Positions 61,960 to 64,000 of a DNA stretch of 64,000 nt are shown here, in pieces. Under the pieces are notes generated by a model. It searched no databases. It was not told the DNA's origin and saw only the letters and a program-made list of their open reading frames with translations. The position numbers and the translations under genes are program-made. Origin of the DNA: Octopus sinensis (taxonomy: Eukaryota); the NCBI RefSeq assembly GCF_006345805.1, contig NC_043003.1:84940001-85004000 (forward strand), in the 5' to 3' direction. Numbering within the stretch: position 1 is the first letter of the stretch; each line of letters opens with the position of its first letter.

Positions 61960-64000
61960 TTTTCAAAATGGCCACTGGTCACCACGAGGCTGAGTGCAAG
62001 TCAGCGTGACGCAGAACAAAAAAACAGGATGCCCTGTTAGCATACGCTGAACGACAACAACACCACCACACCACCATCAGCATCGACAACAGCAACAACT
62101 ATAAAACAAGGTCGTAAGGCCAAGCACCGTCACCACCATCAACACCGACACCACCACCATAGCAGCTTCTGCTACGACAACTGCTTCCTCTACCAACAAC
62201 AACAAAACCAAGGTCACCGACACCCTCCTTGACAACGCTTACGACGTTGAGTTCCCAACACTGCCTCTACCACAATCTCATAAAGCAGGGGAAATGGGGG
62301 AAAACAACACGAACGCAAATGTGAGCATGAACGCTAACATCGCGACCTCCACTCACGAACTGGTAAACAACCTGACTTCACAGTTTACTACTACGACGAA
62401 CGACTCTGCCACAAACATCACCACCACCACCACCACCTCCACAAAAAAAATTTCGCGGAAGCCATACGACCGAAAAGAAGGATCTTAAAATTTACTCACC
62501 AACAAATACAAGACACAAAGTCCTTGCTCACCAAAGAAGGCGACACAATACATTTAAATATTCCACGGAACATCATAGAAGAAACACAAAAGAAGACCAT
62601 CATTTACAGAATACTCAACACCAAAACAAAAAGACCGGAAAGCCTACCTAAAGAAAAAATTGAAAAGTGCCTCTCTTCCGTGTGGAAATTCCGAAATTAT
62701 GTGAATTGGGGAAGTAAATTTGCTACCGTGCAAGTTCACTTCCATACGGAAGAACTAGCAAAAAGCTTTTCAACCCTTACTCTGCGCACAGACCAGGTAA
62801 CAATGGTACCTAGCTACCTTGGGCACATAATTACGAAAGTCGCAATAAATAATGTGCCGCCAATGGTGAATACCCAGTGGCTGGTATCGGCCATCTGCTT
62901 CGATATAGAAGAAGCAGATATTTTAGAAACAGCTGACATTCCAGAGGAAAGCTGGACGGGTAAAAAACTCGAAATATTGCTTCAAATCTCCCAAGAAGTA
63001 ATAAACAATTTACCAGCCTTTGTTCAACTGGCAAACGACCAAAAATTGTATGTAGTGGTGGAGGGCAGGAGACCAAGATGCTATTTATGCAACAGTGAGG
63101 CACACCTTAGATACGAGTGCCCAACTGCTGTCAGAAATAGGCAACAGCAACCACTCTCAAACATGGAAGGAAACCCCTGCTACCACCCTCCTTCAACCCA
63201 AAAGACAGGAAAAACAGCGGACGATACAAAAACTGTTTCCCCCCCACCTCACAACCACATCACCAAGAAGAAATTACCTCCGACATCGCAACCAACAAAA
63301 GAAGCAACATCACCACCATCAAAAGACAAACCAACACCAGCACCAAGAACAACAACCAAAAAACAAATATCAATGACGAAAAGACAAATTCTGCCCCTAA
63401 CACCCACAACACACAAACACCACACAAAACACAACACCTTCTCTACAAACACACATATAGATCCAAACGCTTTGCCTTTACCCTCTTTTGATATTCGGAA
63501 CGTCATCCAACGACGAAAGTTCGACGGAATGGCAAATAGCCACAGGGGGTAAAAGGAAAAGACCCAAAAAAAACAAAACGCAACCAAAGCAGGGAGATAC
63601 CTTAACCCTGAAAGCTCTATACACAACCAAACAAGCACCAACACCACAAAAACACACACAATGCTATCAGCGATAAACACAAAAGACTCCAAACTAATGG
63701 AGTACATCACAGGCTACACAAACATCTGTGAAGATGACTTCAAAACTAACAACCATTCACGCACTACACCACCCAAACACATCAAAATACTACACATCAC
63801 ACAAACACAACACCACAAACTCAAAGCCCTCTTCCCAAATGCTGTTGGGGGTTTCCAAAAATATCTGTCCCAAAAACTTTATAAAAACCTCCTCGAAGAC
63901 ACATCAAAGAACGAGGAAGCCAAAACTTTCGACACAAGTAAGTAACTCTCTGTACTTTCCTTTTTGTGTTTTAAAGCACACACCCCTATAGAATCATGGT
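61960..64000 (+). mobile_element. 5' region of a non-LTR retrotransposon (Tx1/L1-like ORF1, 62524-63552, 342 aa, CCHC knuckle)
   Basis: TKVAINNVPP segment and RPRCYLCNSEAHLRYEC zinc knuckle followed by a P/T/K-rich linker, as in gag-like ORF1 proteins. Confidence 0.75.

Overview
AT-rich, repeat-dense animal genomic DNA, almost certainly from an octopus (inferred from the tRNA-derived SINE families, RTE/CR1/R4/Penelope content and huge TA/CA/TAA microsatellites). Most of the supplied ORF track is microsatellite artefact or decayed retroelement. Three gene-level signals are hidden in the repeats. (1) At 1-10 kb (+) is the 3' end of a gene built from tandemly duplicated, symmetric phase-1 micro-exons (18-36 nt). 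They splice in frame to a terminal exon encoding a GPI-anchor-like signal, and the exons are far more diverged than their flanking introns. (2) A minus-strand CUB-domain gene has exons at 40.1, 31.3, 23.1 and probably 22.6 kb, one in-frame TAG in an otherwise clean exon, and decayed sister exons further up. (3) An ankyrin-like first coding exon (-) at 44.6 kb sits next to an ETS/GC-box promoter, with a possible divergent + strand gene. The window also holds Penelope-like elements with hammerhead-ribozyme motifs, Dong/R4-like LINEs next to (TAA)n tracts, foldback elements, mariner remnants, a Gypsy pol remnant and Tx1/L1-like pieces. All calls are by eye; no searches were run, and repeat boundaries are approximate.
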